DNA of 64,000 bases, taken from contig OZ244905.1 of the NCBI GenBank assembly GCA_965221695.1, positions 1,312,001 to 1,376,000 of the forward strand, written 5' to 3'. Made by a program: the position numbers and the translations under genes. Below the pieces are notes generated by a model. The model did not search any database and had not been told where the DNA came from. It saw only the letters and a program-made list of their open reading frames with translations. Shown here one piece after another: positions 45,909 to 55,741 of this stretch. Positions within the stretch are counted from its first letter, which is position 1, and every line of letters begins with the position of its first letter. Source of the DNA: Gammaproteobacteria bacterium (lineage in GTDB: Bacteria; Pseudomonadota; Gammaproteobacteria; Eutrophobiales; Eutrophobiaceae).

Positions 45909-48255
45909 ATTTACGGCGCCTGCGTCCTGCCGGCGCCGCGGCGATTAAATCCTGGCATTCCTGCAGGGTCAGGTCCTGCGGTTGCCTGTCCTTTGGTATC
46001 TTTGCATTCTTTTTCCCATCCGTGATATACGGCCCGTAGCGCCCGTTGAGGATGGATATACCCTCTTTTTCAAATACCTTGATATATTTTGCAGCATCCG
46101 CGGCCTTCTTTTCCCGCACCAGTTCCAGCGCTCGCGGCAAATCAATCGTATAAGGATCATCGTCTTTTTGCAATGAAGCGAAACTGTTGTCATAACGCAC
46201 ATAGGGACCATAACGGCCAATGTTGACGCTGATCTTCTCGCCCTCTTCGGAAACGCCCAGCTCCCGCGGCAATTTAAACAGTTCCAGCGCCTGTTCCAGA
46301 CCGATGGTATCCATGCGCTGGTCAGGCAACAGGCTGGCAAACTTCGGGGCCTCCTCGTCATCCCTGGCGCCGATTTGCACGAACGGCCCATAACGCCCCA
46401 TGCGCACCGTAACCGGCCTCCCGCTGGCCGGATCATTGCCCAGGCTGCGCGGGCTCACTGCTTCACTGCGGCTGACTCCCCCTTCCTTGTCTTTCACCCG
46501 CGCCGAGAACGGGTCCCAAAACTCCCGCATCAACGGGATCCATTCCTTCTCGCCCCGGGATACGGCATCGAGTTCATCTTCCAGCCTGGCGGTGAAGTCG
46601 TAATCGACATAACTGTCGAAATGCTCGGTCAGGAACCGGTTCACGACGCGCCCCACATCGGTGGGGACGAAGCGTTTTTTCACCATCTCCACGTATTCGC
46701 GGTTGCGCAGGGTCGAAATAATGGCGGCATAGGTCGATGGACGGCCGATACCGTATTCTTCGAGGGACTTGACCAGGGTCGCTTCGGAATAACGCGGTGG
46801 CGGTTCGGTAAAATGCTGCTCAGGCCGTATTTTCAATAATCCCACTGCGTCGCCGGCTTGCATCTGGGGCAATTTCCCCAGGGCGCCGTCATTTCCCTGC
46901 CCCGTCTTGCGGTCGTCGTCTCCTTCGGTATAGAGAACCATGAAACCTTTCTCGACGATGGTGGAACCGTTGGCTCGCATTATATTGCCGGTACCACAGG
47001 CCAGATCGACTGCAACGGTGTCGAAAATCGCCTCGGCCATCTGGCTTGCCAGCGCCCGTTTCCAGATCAACTCATACAGCCTGAACTGGTCTTTGGACAG
47101 TTTCGAGCGGATTTCTTCGGGCACGCGACTCACGGAAGTCGGCCGGATCGCCTCGTGCGCCTCCTGGGCATTTTTCGACTTGGTGCGGTAGCGGCGCGGC
47201 TGTTCGGGCAGGTAGTCGGCGCCGAATTTACTGTCTATGAACGCGCGCATTTCATTGATCGCTTCCGCTGCCAGGCTGACCGAGTCGGTCCTCATGTAGG
47301 TAATCAGGCCGACGGCGCCCGAGCCGGTATCTATACCCTCGTATAATTGTTGCGCCACGCGCATGGCCTGCTGTGCGCTGAAACCGAGCTTGCGCACGGC
47401 CTCCTGCTGCAGCGTGGAAGTGATGAATGGCGGAGCCGGCTGGCGCTTGCGCTGTTTACGGTCGACCTTGCTGACGATAAGCGCGCCGTTGCCTTGTGTT
47501 CCCTGCCCGGCTTCATTGAGTTGCGCTGCGGCATGAGTTTCCAACGCTCCGGTTACTTCCCGAGCCCGTTTCTCATCCGTGATGGTGAACTGCTCGACCT
47601 TCTTATCCTCATAACGAATCAGCCGGGCTATAAACTCCGTTCCCGCGCGCGCCAGGTCCGCCTCGATTGTCCAGTATTCACGAGTCTTGAACTGTTCTAT
47701 TTCCTCTTCGCGCTCGACGATCATCCGCAGGGCGGGGCTCTGCACCCGTCCGGCGGAGAGCCCCCTGCGAATCTTCTTCCATAACAACGGGGACAGGTTG
47801 AAACCTACCAGGTAGTCCAGGGCGCGCCTTGCCTGTTGGGCGTTAATCAGGTCCCACGACAGTTCGCCGGGATTATTGATCGCGTTTAATACCGCATCCC
47901 GGGTGACTTCATGAAACACCACGCGCTTTACTTCTTTCTGTCGTAGCGCGCCGCGCTCCTTGAGCAGTTCATACAGATGCCAGGATATGGCTTCGCCTTC
48001 CCTGTCCGGGTCTGTAGCCAAGTAAAGAATGTCTGATTTCTTCAATGCGCGGACGATAGCGTCCACGGAGCGGGCGTTTTTATCGATGATTTCATAGCGC
48101 ATCGCAAATTCCCTTTCCGGTTCCACTGCGCCGGATTTCGGCAACAGGTCGCGCACATGGCCGTTGGACGCCATCACGCTGTACCCGTCGCCCAGGTAAC
48201 GATTTAAGGTTCTTGCCTTTGCGGGCGATTCAACGATTACTAATGCTGAGGTCAT
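45907..48255 (-). CDS. topA: DNA topoisomerase I
   Basis: LVIVESPAKA, ATDPDREGEAI, SAGRVQS, ITYMRTDS; C-terminal GRYGP repeats. Confidence 0.97.
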   Translation of the reverse strand: MTSALVIVESPAKARTLNRYLGDGYSVMASNGHVRDLLPKSGAVEPEREFAMRYEIIDKNARSVDAIVRALKKSDILYLATDPDREGEAISWHLYELLKERGALRQKEVKRVVFHEVTRDAVLNAINNPGELSWDLINAQQARRALDYLVGFNLSPLLWKKIRRGLSAGRVQSPALRMIVEREEEIEQFKTREYWTIEADLARAGTEFIARLIRYEDKKVEQFTITDEKRAREVTGALETHAAAQLNEAGQGTQGNGALIVSKVDRKQRKRQPAPPFITSTLQQEAVRKLGFSAQQAMRVAQQLYEGIDTGSGAVGLITYMRTDSVSLAAEAINEMRAFIDSKFGADYLPEQPRRYRTKSKNAQEAHEAIRPTSVSRVPEEIRSKLSKDQFRLYELIWKRALASQMAEAIFDTVAVDLACGTGNIMRANGSTIVEKGFMVLYTEGDDDRKTGQGNDGALGKLPQMQAGDAVGLLKIRPEQHFTEPPPRYSEATLVKSLEEYGIGRPSTYAAIISTLRNREYVEMVKKRFVPTDVGRVVNRFLTEHFDSYVDYDFTARLEDELDAVSRGEKEWIPLMREFWDPFSARVKDKEGGVSRSEAVSPRSLGNDPASGRPVTVRMGRYGPFVQIGARDDEEAPKFASLLPDQRMDTIGLEQALELFKLPRELGVSEEGEKISVNIGRYGPYVRYDNSFASLQKDDDPYTIDLPRALELVREKKAADAAKYIKVFEKEGISILNGRYGPYITDGKKNAKIPKDRQPQDLTLQECQDLIAAAPAGRRRRK

Positions 48256-48280
48256 AGTTGTTTTCACACCTTTTTTATTC

Positions 48281-48313
48281 TAAGGAAGCTCTGACTTAAT
48301 CAGCGCTTCCCCA
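48281..48313. repeat. F1 minimal hairpin
   Basis: TAAGGAAGCTCTGACTTAATCAGCGCTTCCCCA. Confidence 0.75.
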
Positions 48314-48356
48314 ACTCCGCCGGCTGCTCTCTCAGTTTAAGGAAGGCCGGCGTTGA

Positions 48357-49490
48357 CTATGACGGTTTTTGTTGCGCACGGGCATACTTGCCCGGCGCAA
48401 CCGCCGTGATCAACCCCTCCAGTTCCAGGTTCAACAGTTTTCCCGTAATACTCTCCACCGCGAGTCCGGTTATGTCCACGATTTCATCCAGACCTGTCGG
48501 GTCGTATCCTATATTATCAAGCACGGCTTTTTCTCGTTCGTCAAGTGAATTGATCATTTTGGCCTGCGCCGCAAGGTCTACCTGAGAGGACTCTTTAAGA
48601 TTCTCGAACCGGCCAAGAATGCCTGTAATATCTTCTACCCGTTCCGCCAGTCCAGCGCCTTCGCGCAACAGGCCGTGGCAACCTTGTTTCATAGGATTCC
48701 TGATGGACCCGGGCACAGCAAACACTTCCCTGTTCTGTTCCAGGGCATGTCTTGCCGTGATTAGCGAACCGCTTTTGCGAGCGGCCTCTACCACCAGGAC
48801 CGCATCGCACAGGCCGCTTATGATCCTGTTACGACGGGGAAAGTTGGCGGGAAACGGCCGCCGGTTTAACGGAAATTCAGACACCAGGGCCCCACTTTCG
48901 CTAATCCTGCCCGCCAGCTCAGCATTGGACTCCGGATAGATGCAATTCAGCCCGCTACCCAACACCGCCACGGTCCTGCCTTGTTGCCTCAACGAGCCTC
49001 TGTGCGCTTCCGTATCAATACCCCGGGCCAACCCACTGGTCACCGTGATCCCCTGCCTGGCCAGTTCTCCGGCAAAATACCGGGCATCCCTGCGACCATC
49101 CATGGTAGGCTTGCGCCCGCCGACAACGGCGACCTGGCATCCCGACAGAATGTCCGGGTCTCCCTGCACAAACAGACACAACGGCGGAGCCGAAATCTGT
49201 TTCAACAAGGAAGGATAACGCGGGCTGTCGATCGGGATAAGGTGATAGTCCGGATGTTCGAGAGACAGGATTTCGCGGTCGATTTCTTGCGCATCAGGGT
49301 TTTGCAGGGCTTTAAAAACAGCCCTTGGCAAATGCACGCGCTGGATTGCCCCGGTCTTGACCGCATCCACTACGGCCTGCGCGGTTCCAAAGTCCTCCAG
49401 CAAATAAGACAAGTCATGTTCTGCCGCGGCCGCGGCATGCAAAAGCGCCAACCAGGCATAGCGTCGGGAATACTCTGAAGCCTCGTCCAT
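48357..49490 (-). CDS. dprA: DNA-processing protein DprA
   Basis: SGLARGIDTEAH, FPRRNRIISG, SGSLITA, C-terminal winged helix. Confidence 0.95.
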   Translation of the reverse strand: MDEASEYSRRYAWLALLHAAAAAEHDLSYLLEDFGTAQAVVDAVKTGAIQRVHLPRAVFKALQNPDAQEIDREILSLEHPDYHLIPIDSPRYPSLLKQISAPPLCLFVQGDPDILSGCQVAVVGGRKPTMDGRRDARYFAGELARQGITVTSGLARGIDTEAHRGSLRQQGRTVAVLGSGLNCIYPESNAELAGRISESGALVSEFPLNRRPFPANFPRRNRIISGLCDAVLVVEAARKSGSLITARHALEQNREVFAVPGSIRNPMKQGCHGLLREGAGLAERVEDITGILGRFENLKESSQVDLAAQAKMINSLDEREKAVLDNIGYDPTGLDEIVDITGLAVESITGKLLNLELEGLITAVAPGKYARAQQKPS

Positions 49491-49680
49491 GATGATGTTC
49501 TCTTATCTCCTCCCTGACACGTTAAAAAATCTCGGTGGTTGCCTGTTCAGGCATTCAATGTGGGATGGCTGAGAGTTTAGCTCCCCATGCGAGGTGAGTC
49601 AACCGCCATTACGGCATTGCTTATGATATTTTTTCATGGATAATGGTAGAGAGTTTAACCAGGACACGAGCAGGCATTCG

Positions 49681-50187
49681 ATGTCAAGATTAACCGTACT
49701 ACATTATCCCGACCCCCGGTTGCGCAAGCAGGCGCGGCCCGTTGCTGCCGTAGATTCGCAAGTCAGGGAGCTGTCCCGGGACATGCTGGAAACCATGTAC
49801 GCGGAAAACGGCATCGGCCTGGCTGCCACCCAGGTGAATGTGCAACAACGGGTCGTGGTCATGGACCTCTCGGCAGAGAAAAATGAACCCGTAACCCTGG
49901 TCAACCCGGAAATCCTGCACAAGACCGGCACGGAGGAAATGGAGGAAGGCTGCCTGTCGGTGCCCGGATTTACCGACCTGGTGCAACGGGCGGAACAAAT
50001 TTCCTATCGTTACCTCAACCTGGACGGTGAGGAAATCGAGGCGGAGGCTGATGGTCTGCGCGCAGTCTGTATCCAGCATGAAATCGATCATCTCGACGGA
50101 AAACTGTTTATCGATTACCTGTCTTCGATTAAACGGCAGCGCGTGCGCAAGAAAATAGAAAAGCAGAGCAAGCTCCGCGTCTTGTGA
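49681..50187 (+). CDS. def: peptide deformylase
   Basis: GIGLAATQV, EGCLS, QHEIDHL; ATG 49681. Confidence 0.97.
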   Translation: MSRLTVLHYPDPRLRKQARPVAAVDSQVRELSRDMLETMYAENGIGLAATQVNVQQRVVVMDLSAEKNEPVTLVNPEILHKTGTEEMEEGCLSVPGFTDLVQRAEQISYRYLNLDGEEIEAEADGLRAVCIQHEIDHLDGKLFIDYLSSIKRQRVRKKIEKQSKLRVL

Positions 50188-51110
50188 ACCTATCCTTTGC
50201 CGGTACGCCCGATTTCGCGGCAGTCATCCTGCAAGCGCTGTTCGACAGCCCGCGACACGAAATCAGGCATGTTTACACCCAGCCGGACCGACCCTCGGGG
50301 CGCGGCAGAAAGACCCGTCCGAGTCCGGTCAAGCAGCTTGCCCAACAATATGCGATACCGGTCAAACAGCCTGCGACCCGAACTGAACTCACGCAGGACA
50401 CCGACTTGGCTGATATCGACGCGCTGATCGTCGTCGCCTTTGGCCTGATTGTTCCTGAACCGGTTCTGTCCCGCCCGCGTCATGGATGCATCAACGTGCA
50501 TGCGTCGCTGTTGCCCAGGTGGCGCGGCGCGGCGCCCATCCAGCGGGCGATCCAAGCGGGTGACCGGGAAACCGGCATTTCAATCATGGTCATGGACAGC
50601 GGCATTGATACCGGTATGATCCTGTCGCAGCAGGCCTGCGAAATCGGCGACGCTGACACCGCCCTCTCCCTGTCGGAACGGTTGGCAACGCTGGGAAGTG
50701 AATGCCTGCTCGAAACCCTGGAGAGCCTGGAGACAGGCGACGCCAATCCGCAGGCGCAGGATGATAGCCTGGCGTGCTATGCCGGTAAAATCAGCAAGCA
50801 GGAGGCGGAAATCGACTGGAATACGCCAGCGGATCAAATCGCGCGCAACATCCGCGCCTTCAACCCGGCGCCGGCTGCCCATTGCTGTCTGAACGGTATC
50901 AGGATTCGGGTCTGGAAAGCCCGGACATTGGCGGACGAGGCGGCGCGCGGCAATCCCGGAAACATCATCGCCTATGGGCCGGATGGCCTGGATATCTGCG
51001 CGACAGATCGGCCGTTACGCATCCACGCGTTGCAATTGGAGGGAAAGAAAAAACAGGGTATCAGGGAGATTTACAACGGTTATCCCGATCTGTTCGGAGC
51101 GCCGCAATGA
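50184..51110 (+). CDS. fmt: methionyl-tRNA formyltransferase
   Basis: FAGTPDFA, NVHASLLPRWRGAAPIQ. Confidence 0.97.
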   Translation: MNLSFAGTPDFAAVILQALFDSPRHEIRHVYTQPDRPSGRGRKTRPSPVKQLAQQYAIPVKQPATRTELTQDTDLADIDALIVVAFGLIVPEPVLSRPRHGCINVHASLLPRWRGAAPIQRAIQAGDRETGISIMVMDSGIDTGMILSQQACEIGDADTALSLSERLATLGSECLLETLESLETGDANPQAQDDSLACYAGKISKQEAEIDWNTPADQIARNIRAFNPAPAAHCCLNGIRIRVWKARTLADEAARGNPGNIIAYGPDGLDICATDRPLRIHALQLEGKKKQGIREIYNGYPDLFGAPQ

Positions 51111-52432
51111 ACCTGCGCGCGCGTGCTGCAAAAGCGCTCTACCGGGTTGTCGACACCGGGCTGACCCTGGATGCGGCCATGGAACCCAGTTTGCATGGCA
51201 TAAAAGGCCCGCGGGACCGCAGCTTTGTGAAGGAATTATGCTTCGGCACCCTGCGCTGGTTCGACCAATTGGAATGGCTGCTCGACCATTGCCTGGAGCG
51301 TCCGCTGAAACCTGGAGATGCGGATATCAGAATGCTGATCCTGGTCGGCCTGTACCAGCTTCGCAACCTGGGGGCGCCGCCTCACGCGGCGGTGTCGGAA
51401 ACGGTTGGAGCAACGGTGGAACTGGACAAGCCCTGGGCAAAACCGCTGGTGAATGCGCTGCTACGACGCGCGCTGCGGGAGGCGCAGCAATTGAACAAGG
51501 AACTTGACCGGCATCCCGGGGCGCGCTATTCCCACCCGGACTGGCTCATCGACAGGATCAGGACCGACTGGCCCGAACAATGGGAAGCCATACTAAAGGC
51601 CAATAATCGCCGGCCTCCCCAGCATTTGCGGGTCAATCTTTTACGCGCCACCAGGGAACGCTACCTGAAAGAACTGGAAAGCGCCGGGATCGAAGCGCTG
51701 GCGCTCGCCTTGACGCCCTGCGGCATCCAACTCCCGGACCCGGTTGACGTCAGTTGGCTGCCTGACTTTGACTGCGGGAGCGTTTCCGTGCAGGATGCCG
51801 GCGCGCAGCTTGCAGCCGGTCTGCTGGACCTGCAGCCTGGCAACCTGGTATTGGACGCCTGCGCCGCGCCCGGTGGGAAGACGGCGCATATCCTTGAATC
51901 CCAACCACAGATTGGCGCCATCACGGCCGTTGATGCCGATGAGCGCCGCAATATGCGCCTGCTCGGCACCCTGAACAGGCTGAACCTGGATGCGACCGTT
52001 ATCCAGGCTGACGCCACCGATACCGAAGAGTGGTGGAACGGCGAACAGTTTGACCGCATCCTGCTGGACGCGCCATGCAGCGCGACCGGAGTCATCCGCC
52101 GCCATCCTGACATTAAACGGCGCAAAGCCCCGGAACAACTCCCCGCGTTGCAAACCACCCAGCTCGAACTGCTGACAGCCCTGTGGCCGTTGCTGAAACC
52201 CGGCGGCAAGCTCCTGTACTCGACCTGTTCCCTGCTGCGCGGGGAAAACGACGGAGTAATCGAATCTTTCCTGGACGACCACCCCTCGGCCAAACCCGAC
52301 ACGATCAGCGCCAAATGGGGAGTTGCCACGGAACACGGCCGGCAACTGCTGCCCGGCCTGGATGACACGGACGGGTTTTATTATGCGGTATTGACGCATC
52401 GTTATAATAGTGGGGTCAGACCAAGAAATTAG
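51107..52432 (+). CDS. rsmB: 16S rRNA m5C967 methyltransferase
   Basis: DACAAPGGKT, DAPCSATG, YSTCS, DGFYYA; ATG 51107 overlaps the fmt stop. Confidence 0.96.
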   Translation: MNLRARAAKALYRVVDTGLTLDAAMEPSLHGIKGPRDRSFVKELCFGTLRWFDQLEWLLDHCLERPLKPGDADIRMLILVGLYQLRNLGAPPHAAVSETVGATVELDKPWAKPLVNALLRRALREAQQLNKELDRHPGARYSHPDWLIDRIRTDWPEQWEAILKANNRRPPQHLRVNLLRATRERYLKELESAGIEALALALTPCGIQLPDPVDVSWLPDFDCGSVSVQDAGAQLAAGLLDLQPGNLVLDACAAPGGKTAHILESQPQIGAITAVDADERRNMRLLGTLNRLNLDATVIQADATDTEEWWNGEQFDRILLDAPCSATGVIRRHPDIKRRKAPEQLPALQTTQLELLTALWPLLKPGGKLLYSTCSLLRGENDGVIESFLDDHPSAKPDTISAKWGVATEHGRQLLPGLDDTDGFYYAVLTHRYNSGVRPRN

Positions 52433-52586
52433 GGAAACTCTGAACAAGTCCATCCTGGACTTGTCAGAGTACGGAAAACAAAAATGCGATTTTTGTTTTC
52501 CTCACAATATCAATGCCTTACAGTCATTGATATTGACGATACATCCTTGTATCGTAGGAACCTCTGACTTAATCAGAGGTTCCTTA
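52430..52586 (+). mobile_element. F1 element, medium form (157 bp); its first bases are the rsmB stop codon
   Basis: TAGGGAAACTCTGA...TCAGAGGTTCCTTA. Confidence 0.9.
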
Positions 52587-52626
52587 GAAGACATTACGCT
52601 GCTACCCAAATACCCGGCCTATCCGC

Positions 52627-53409
52627 ATGCTTTCAAAAGACTCTAAGGATTTCATCGGCTCAATCGAACGATGCATGGACGTCATCAGGGCATTTGATGC
52701 CGATGATGTTGAAATGGCGCCGGCAGATGTGGCTGCAAAAACCGGCCTCACCCGGGCGACGGCCAGGCGCATATTGTTGACTCTGGCCACCCTGGGTTAC
52801 GTCGCCACTGACGGCAAGTGGTTTCGATTATCGCCGAAAATTCTCGACCTGGGTTTTTCTTACCTGACTTCCATGCAGATTGGCCAGGTTATCCAGCCGA
52901 TTATCAATGCCTCCAGCAAAACGGTCGGTGAAACATGCGTTCTCTCGGTATTACAGGATAACGATATTGTCAGTATTGCCCACAGTTCGTTTGATCGTTT
53001 TGACCAAGTGACGTTTTACCCCGGGACACACCTTCCGGCCTGTGTTTCAGCGGCCGGAAGGGTGATATTGGCCCATGAGGAGGCAGAAAAACTCCATATA
53101 TACCTGAGGAACGTCAAACTGAAACGTTACACGCCGAACACGATTACCGGCAAAGCGAATTTAAGAAAGGAACTGGAAAAAATAAAGCGGCAGGGCTATG
53201 CCCGCGTTGATGGCGAGCTCGAAATCGGGTTGTATACACTTGCTGCGCCGATATTCAACACTGAAAAAGCTCCCATTGCCGCAGTGACTTTTGGCGGCAA
53301 TGTCGCACGCATCAATGACCGGAATATAGAAAAAAAATTCCTTCCTGAGTTATTCCGTATCACACAAGAAATAGGCAATCTGCTGCCAGGCAAGCACTCA
53401 ATTTTTTAA
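52627..53409 (+). CDS. IclR-family regulator (PcaR/PobR-like)
   Basis: TGLTRATARRILLTL, LDLGFSYL, ELEIGL. Confidence 0.9.
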   Translation: MLSKDSKDFIGSIERCMDVIRAFDADDVEMAPADVAAKTGLTRATARRILLTLATLGYVATDGKWFRLSPKILDLGFSYLTSMQIGQVIQPIINASSKTVGETCVLSVLQDNDIVSIAHSSFDRFDQVTFYPGTHLPACVSAAGRVILAHEEAEKLHIYLRNVKLKRYTPNTITGKANLRKELEKIKRQGYARVDGELEIGLYTLAAPIFNTEKAPIAAVTFGGNVARINDRNIEKKFLPELFRITQEIGNLLPGKHSIF

Positions 53410-53454
53410 CGTCTGTATGTTGACCAATACTTCACCTTCTGAAAACGCCCAATA

Positions 53455-54588
53455 ATGAATAACGACAGGTTATTTCTTGCGGTAAGCGCGGGGAAGTTTA
53501 TCAGTGTCGCCGGTCTGCTGATTATGCCGGTGTTGGTCGGCGCAATGTTGGACGGCCTGCGCCTGGGTGAAGCAGCCATCGGTATTCTTGCGACGATAGA
53601 ATTCTCCGCGCTTGGCATCGGCCTGATGTTTGTCGCGTTGAACCCCCTTAAAACATCGGCAATGAGATACGCATTGATCGGCGCCGTGTTAATCGTCACG
53701 GGCCAGACAGCCTCCGCACTGATTACCGGATACGGTGCATTGATGGCTTTACGTTTTATTGTCGGCTTCGGCGCCGGCCTTGCCAATGCGGCAGCAACGG
53801 TCAGCATTGCCGCATACTTCAAAGAGCCGGAGCGTACTGCTGGTTATGCCTTCGGTCTGGTCTACCTGGTTGGTGGCGCGCTCTATCTTGGCTCACCGTA
53901 TATGACCGCGTTCGGCTACCATAAAGGCGTTTTCCTGAGCCTGGCCGTAATCGTGCTGGTATTCACCCCATTGCTTTTTGCCTTGCCCGATACGCCGCTG
54001 CAACAGAAAAAAAGACCGGCCGCCGGGCAGGATGTGAGATTAACCACAACGGTCCTGTTACTGTTTACCGCCGAGATTTTCCTGATGATTGGCATGGGCG
54101 CAGCCTGGGCCTTCGGCGAGCGCATGGGACTGGCGGTCAACCTGACCCCAAAAGAGATCGGTTTTTATTTTGCCTGTACCATGATCGCATCCATTGCCGG
54201 CTCGTTGTTTGCGGGCTGGCTGGGCCTGCGCTACGGCAGGACACTGCCTTTTGTCGTCGGGACGATCATGGTGTCTGTCTGTTGCTACTTTATGGCCAAC
54301 CCCGGCATTGCTGTCATTTATATCATCTGTCTGCTGAGTTTCCAGGCGTTCCAGGCGGTATTCATCCCATTTTTAATCGGGACCGGCGCGGCGCTGGAAA
54401 GCAGCGGCCGACTGTCCGCGGCCGTGGTCGCGGTGGAGATCTTCAGTTTCGGCGCCGGGGCGGCCGTAGGCGGCGCCGTAGTTGAAGCGTTCGGGCTGGC
54501 AGCGGTCGGCTGGCTGGCGGTTTTGGGCGGCATTCTTGCTATCCCCCTTCTTATTGCAGTGTGCCTGCCGCTGGATCGTCGGGCATGA
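53455..54588 (+). CDS. MFS transporter
   Basis: Polytopic hydrophobic protein; LRFIVGFGAG, AWAFGERMG. Confidence 0.85.
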   Translation: MNNDRLFLAVSAGKFISVAGLLIMPVLVGAMLDGLRLGEAAIGILATIEFSALGIGLMFVALNPLKTSAMRYALIGAVLIVTGQTASALITGYGALMALRFIVGFGAGLANAAATVSIAAYFKEPERTAGYAFGLVYLVGGALYLGSPYMTAFGYHKGVFLSLAVIVLVFTPLLFALPDTPLQQKKRPAAGQDVRLTTTVLLLFTAEIFLMIGMGAAWAFGERMGLAVNLTPKEIGFYFACTMIASIAGSLFAGWLGLRYGRTLPFVVGTIMVSVCCYFMANPGIAVIYIICLLSFQAFQAVFIPFLIGTGAALESSGRLSAAVVAVEIFSFGAGAAVGGAVVEAFGLAAVGWLAVLGGILAIPLLIAVCLPLDRRA

Positions 54589-55741
54589 TACGCCTGCGCA
54601 TGCTGAAAAACAGCAGGTAGCTGCACGTTAACAGGATAATACTGACATAGATGACGTTGGCATAGCGGTTGCCAACGATGACCAGTCCCGCCAGTACCGG
54701 ACCTGCTGCGATACCCAGACCCTGCATGAAAGGCAGCAGAACGATAGTGCGGCCGGTGCGGTCAAGACTGGCAATCCAGCCGCTTTGAAACGGGATAACG
54801 AAGCTGTAAAAGAAATTATAGACACATAAAGCCACCAGGTAGACGGCGGCTGTCGGATTCCGACCCAGCGCGTAGATGGCGATGCACAACCATACATAGC
54901 CAAACGAGATAGTTACGATGCGTTTCATCCTGCCGGCAAGCCAGGCCGGAGCCAGCGCGCCGGCTAAACTGAACAGCAGGGAGACGGACAGGGCAAACGC
55001 GATAAAGTCCGTGGCAAACCCTTCGGCGTCCCCGAACCGTTCCATGAACGACCAGATGCAATTCATGGATGCAAAGAAAAATCCCACTGCCAATAGCCCG
55101 AAAAGCGCGCGACGTTCTATCGCCTGTGACGAACCGCCTGCGCCCTCAGTCTCAGGATTGGAACGAGGCAAGGCGTAAAGAAGAAATACAGGCAATAACG
55201 CGACCAGGCCGCACATGATGAATACCGGCGCCACTCCCCATCTCGTCCACAGCCAGGACGCGCCATTAAGACACAACGCCCCGATAAACACCTGCAACGC
55301 CATTGAAAAAGCGAACTCCCGGTCGGGATTCGCCGCTGCGCGTATGGTCGCATACATGAATGCAACCATCATTCCTGCGCCAAATCCGGCCATGTAACGG
55401 TATCCCAGAAACACAGCAAAACTTTCGGCCGTGCTGCACATCAGGTTAGAAATGACGACCAGGCATACAGTGAAAGGGAAAACCCGGCGCCAATGGCAAC
55501 GATGTATCCAGTAACGAGCGCTGAACGCGGCGATGGTGTTCGCCGTCATGTCCGCCGATAACAACAGGCCGACCTGCCTGCTGCTGAAATTGAACTCTTC
55601 GGTAAAGATACCCGCCCAGATGGGCAACAGATAATAAACAACCAGGCTGGTTGCAAAAATCAGGTAGGTCAGCCAGCGCGTCGCCCAAGCGTTGACATCA
55701 ATGGGATCAGGGTCGCGATAGTCTTTGGACTGAACGATCAA
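54551..55741 (-). CDS. MFS transporter (same subfamily as its convergent neighbour)
   Basis: RYMAGFGAG, IWSFMERFG, LDRTGR. Confidence 0.85.
   Translation of the reverse strand: MIVQSKDYRDPDPIDVNAWATRWLTYLIFATSLVVYYLLPIWAGIFTEEFNFSSRQVGLLLSADMTANTIAAFSARYWIHRCHWRRVFPFTVCLVVISNLMCSTAESFAVFLGYRYMAGFGAGMMVAFMYATIRAAANPDREFAFSMALQVFIGALCLNGASWLWTRWGVAPVFIMCGLVALLPVFLLYALPRSNPETEGAGGSSQAIERRALFGLLAVGFFFASMNCIWSFMERFGDAEGFATDFIAFALSVSLLFSLAGALAPAWLAGRMKRIVTISFGYVWLCIAIYALGRNPTAAVYLVALCVYNFFYSFVIPFQSGWIASLDRTGRTIVLLPFMQGLGIAAGPVLAGLVIVGNRYANVIYVSIILLTCSYLLFFSMRRRIMPDDPAAGTLQ

Noticed and set aside
49491-49680. Possible riboswitch or ncRNA between dprA and def
   Set aside because: Only a small hairpin (TGCCTGTTCAGGCA); no recognisable aptamer. 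An Rfam scan would be needed.
50882-51106. ORF-track N-terminal extensions of rsmB (likewise hppD, GMC oxidase, def and receptors)
   Set aside because: They overlap neighbouring genes or promoters; family-typical N-termini and RBS positions indicate later starts
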